NCBI GenBank assembly: GCA_017626395.1
Contig: JAGAIU010000055.1
Coordinates: forward strand, 21,852-85,851
From: Clostridia bacterium
GTDB lineage: Bacteria; Bacillota; Clostridia; TANB77; CAG-465
Reading direction: 5' to 3'
DNA: 64,000 bases
The position numbers and the translations under genes are program-made. Under the pieces are notes generated by a model, which saw only the letters and a program-made list of their open reading frames with translations, was not told the origin of the DNA and did not search any database. Every line of letters starts with the position of its first letter. Within the stretch, counting starts at the first letter, position 1. This document shows, one piece after another, positions 58,027 through 64,000 of the stretch.

Positions 58027-58320
58027 TTACCTTACCTCCTTTACGTGTTCTATTGCTAAATCAAAAAGTTGCTCAATATGGTCATCATCTAAAGAGTAAT
58101 ATACCTCTTTACCTTTTCTTTCAGCTTTTACAAGTCTTGCACTTTTTAAATTAGCAAGTTGATGAGATACTGCTGAATGAGTCATTCCTATTAATTCAGC
58201 TATATCTAGCACACACATTTCTTTTTTTAACAGACAAAATAATATCTTTATTCTAGTAGAATCACCTATTACTTTAAACAAGTCTGCTAAATCGTTATAT
58301 AAATCTTTATTCTGTTTCAT
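58027..58320 (-). CDS. ArsR/SmtB metalloregulator with alpha5 site (CzrA-like)
   Basis: LFKVIGDSTRIKIL, SAVSHQL, DDHIEQLFDLAIEHVKE; start ATG 58320 with AAGGAG SD. Confidence 0.9.
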   Translation of the reverse strand: MKQNKDLYNDLADLFKVIGDSTRIKILFCLLKKEMCVLDIAELIGMTHSAVSHQLANLKSARLVKAERKGKEVYYSLDDDHIEQLFDLAIEHVKEVR

Positions 58321-58336
58321 GTTTTCTCCTTTGATA

Positions 58337-58390
58337 TATGAATATTTGTTCATACGTTCATATATTAGCATAAAAAAAATATAATGTCAA
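58337..58390 (-). promoter_or_regulatory. promoter plus SmtB/CzrA-type operator
   Basis: TTGACA-N17(TG)-TAATAT; TATGAACAAATATTCATA palindrome at 58337-58354. Confidence 0.8.
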
Positions 58391-58414
58391 TAACAACATT
58401 ATATTCTTTAATTT

Positions 58415-59293
58415 TTATTCTATTATAAATCTTTTTAAGTTTTTATCTTCAACTGTTCCAAGTCCTATGTATTTACCTTTATTATATACACGAACTATTT
58501 GATCTGAAGATTGAACTTCAAGCTTAACACCATTTAAGAATTTTCCTAATTCATCATCTGATAGTGTAATTTTTTTATTTTCAATATAGTAATTTTCAAT
58601 AGTTATTATTCTATCTAGCATTTCTATATAATCTAATTTTAAGAAATCATATAGTGGTATACTGTCTTCAATAGCAAAACTTCCTGTTTTAGTTCTTCTA
58701 AGTTCTGTCATTGTTGCACCACAACCAATTTTTTTGCCAATATCATTAACTAAACTTCTAATGTATGTACCTTTTGAACATACAACATCAAAAGCTACTT
58801 CCTTAGATTCTAAATCTATTCTAATATTGTCTATACTAAATATTTCTATTTCTCTTGGCTTGATTTCTACATCTTGATTTTCTCTTGCATATTGATATAA
58901 TTTCTTTCCTTCTACTTTGATAGCACTATATTTAGGTGGCATTTGTTGTTGCTTTCCAATAAATCTTTTAATTCTTTCTTTTATATATATTTCATCTTTA
59001 TTGAAAACACTAGCAAATACTATTCTACCTGTAATATCATAAGTGTCTGTTTCAACACCAAGTAACATTTTTACACTATAGCTTTTAGTCTCACTTGTTA
59101 ATTTCTCACTTAATTTAGTAGCTTCACCTATACATATAGGTAATACTCCCGTAGCAAGTGGATCTAAAGTACCAGTATGTCCTACTTTTTGATCAGGAAA
59201 AATTTTTCTTATTGCATCTACTACATCATGAGATGTAATACATTGTGGCTTGTCTATATTTAAAATGCCATTTTTAGTTTGTGGTATTATCAT
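58415..59293 (-). CDS. truB: tRNA pseudouridine(55) synthase
   Basis: KVGHTGTLDPLATGVL, QMPPKYSAIK, CSKGTYIRSL. Confidence 0.97.
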   Translation of the reverse strand: MIIPQTKNGILNIDKPQCITSHDVVDAIRKIFPDQKVGHTGTLDPLATGVLPICIGEATKLSEKLTSETKSYSVKMLLGVETDTYDITGRIVFASVFNKDEIYIKERIKRFIGKQQQMPPKYSAIKVEGKKLYQYARENQDVEIKPREIEIFSIDNIRIDLESKEVAFDVVCSKGTYIRSLVNDIGKKIGCGATMTELRRTKTGSFAIEDSIPLYDFLKLDYIEMLDRIITIENYYIENKKITLSDDELGKFLNGVKLEVQSSDQIVRVYNKGKYIGLGTVEDKNLKRFIIE

Positions 59294-60240
59294 TATAACA
59301 TCTCTCCTACTGCTTTAATTAATTTTTCTTTTTCCACTTCAAGTGATTCTCTCATAGTATATCCAGCAGCTCTAGGGTGTCCGCCACCACCAAATGCTAT
59401 TGCAATTTTAGAGGTATCTAAATTTCCGCCTGAACGCATACTTACTTTCAAGCTACCATCGCTTTTTCCTCTAACATATACTGCGATTTCTGTACCTTCA
59501 ACAGCTCTTAAGTAATTAGTCATTCCTTCTGAATCTTCATCATCAAGACCTAGAGCTTTAATTTCTTCATAGCTAATATATGAATATCTCATTTTTCCAT
59601 CGTAGTATACTTCCATGTTTTCAACAGTTTTAGCAATAAGTTTTAGTTTAGCTTCTTTCATTGTATCGTTTAATTTTTTACATACTTCTACTGATCTTGC
59701 ACCGTTATCTAAAAGATCCGCAGCTACTCTAAAAGTATCTGAGTTTGCATTTGAATAGTTAAAACTTCCAGTATCAGTCATAATTCCAGTGTATAGTAAC
59801 GTTGCTATATTTTCATCAAAATCTACTTCTAATGATTTTATAAATAGATATGCTATTTCACTAGCAGATGATTTTAAATCATTAATATATCTAAAATCTC
59901 CATAAGGATTTGAAATTTGATGATGATCAAGCATTATTACTTTTTTAGCTTTGTTGTAATCTTCTTCACTCATAGCAAGCCTTGTTCTATCACTTGCATC
60001 TAAAGCAATAAGTAAATCATATTCATCTTCTTTTACATTTTCTACTCTATATTCTACCCCAGGTAAAAATTCAAAAGCACTTGAAAATGAAGGCATTATA
60101 ACATGCACATCTTTACCCAATTTTTTTAGTGCGAAGTATACAGCAAAAGTTGATCCTATTGCATCTCCATCTGGATTAACATGCGCTACAACATATACTG
60201 ATTTTGAATTTTTTACTATTTCTCTTGCCTCTTTAAACAA
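59293..60240 (-). CDS. nrnA: DHH/DHHA1 oligoribonuclease / pAp phosphatase
   Basis: HVNPDGDA, LDHH, TDTGSF, SMRS, GGGGHPRAAG. Confidence 0.92.
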   Translation of the reverse strand: MFKEAREIVKNSKSVYVVAHVNPDGDAIGSTFAVYFALKKLGKDVHVIMPSFSSAFEFLPGVEYRVENVKEDEYDLLIALDASDRTRLAMSEEDYNKAKKVIMLDHHQISNPYGDFRYINDLKSSASEIAYLFIKSLEVDFDENIATLLYTGIMTDTGSFNYSNANSDTFRVAADLLDNGARSVEVCKKLNDTMKEAKLKLIAKTVENMEVYYDGKMRYSYISYEEIKALGLDDEDSEGMTNYLRAVEGTEIAVYVRGKSDGSLKVSMRSGGNLDTSKIAIAFGGGGHPRAAGYTMRESLEVEKEKLIKAVGEML

Positions 60241-60263
60241 TACAATCCCCCGCTTTCTTTTAA

Positions 60264-60617
60264 TTATTTATTTTTGTTATCTTTTTCCATAACGTCTTTT
60301 ATAACTCTGTCCATATGCTCACCATATTCCATTGAATTGTCTAATTCAAATATTAGCTCTGGCATATTTCTCATTCTTACTCTTCTTCCTAATTCTTTTT
60401 TTATAAAGCCTTTAGCTTTTGTTAAAGCTTCTACAACTTTATTTTTATTAGTTTTACCAAAAATACTAACATATATTTTAGCATATTTTTGGTCTGGAGT
60501 TATTTTAACATCAGTTACAGAAATAAGTCCTGTAACTGATGGTTCTTTAACTTCATTCATAATAATATTACTAAGAGCAAATTTAACGTCTTGTTCTAAT
60601 CTTTCGTGTCTTTGCAT
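60264..60617 (-). CDS. rbfA: ribosome-binding factor A
   Basis: VTDVKITPDQKYAKIYVS, RMRNMPELIFELD; follows infB. Confidence 0.95.
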   Translation of the reverse strand: MQRHERLEQDVKFALSNIIMNEVKEPSVTGLISVTDVKITPDQKYAKIYVSIFGKTNKNKVVEALTKAKGFIKKELGRRVRMRNMPELIFELDNSMEYGEHMDRVIKDVMEKDNKNK

Positions 60618-60626
60618 AATATCCTC

Positions 60627-63637
<3,011 letters not shown>

Positions 63638-63650
<13 letters not shown>

Positions 63651-63907
63651 ATTACTTCCCCCAATTCTTCTAATACTTCTAATAAACTACAATCATTTAT
63701 ATCAATTTTAATTTTTACTTTATTTTTATTAATAGCCTTTTTTAAACTTTCTATACATTTTTTGTCTTTACAAATATATATCCCTCTACTATTAATATTC
63801 TGATTTTTATCTATTATTGCTTTTTTTTCGTTATCTGCTACAATTCTAAAAAATTCTTTTTTATCTTTTCTAGCTTTGCACGCTACACAGCATCTAATAG
63901 GTTCCAT
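63638..63907 (-). CDS. ylxR: YlxR (RnpM) RNA-binding protein
   Basis: [21 protein letters not shown]; nusA-infB operon. Confidence 0.9.
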
Positions 63908-63921
63908 TTAATCACCTGTTT

Positions 63922-64000
63922 CTATTCAACTACTGTTTCTTTAATTTGTGTTTCAGTTTTAATATCTATTTTCCATCCTGTAAGTATTGCTGCAAGTCTT
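63922..64000 (-). CDS. nusA: transcription factor NusA, C-terminus (partial)
   Basis: RLAAILTGWKIDIK end of KH domain; operon position. Confidence 0.9.
   Translation of the reverse strand, partial: RLAAILTGWKIDIKTETQIKETVVE

Overview
Strongly AT-rich chromosomal segment of a spore-forming Clostridia-type Firmicute (gerKA/KB/KC, sigma-A promoters, SD-led genes). It is mostly housekeeping: fhs, trmB, rnr, secG, hup, asd, fucO, cysE, the truB-nrnA-rbfA-infB-ylxR-nusA cluster and four tRNAs (Gln-CUG, Gln-UUG, His-GUG, Arg-UCU). Accessory genes include two large sortase-type adhesins, a CzrA/CadA metal module and a rifampin-phosphotransferase-like kinase. I saw no transposase, integrase, CRISPR array or rRNA. 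Main oddities: (1) a FIST-domain gene is joined in frame, through a single TGA and a 7-codon linker, to an aldehyde dehydrogenase that has no in-frame start for its first 64 codons, which suggests recoding or a small insertion; (2) a soluble chimeric protease combines ClpA/B N-domain, AAA1 and an FtsH M41 zinc peptidase; (3) two paralogous ribbon-helix-helix genes share conserved operators; (4) a second split gene needs a +1 shift; (5) a near-identical promoter sits in front of unrelated accessory genes; (6) a thioester-like adhesin domain has Ser in place of Cys; (7) a PLD-family nuclease lacks its HxK motif. All family calls come from motif recognition by eye, with no database search.
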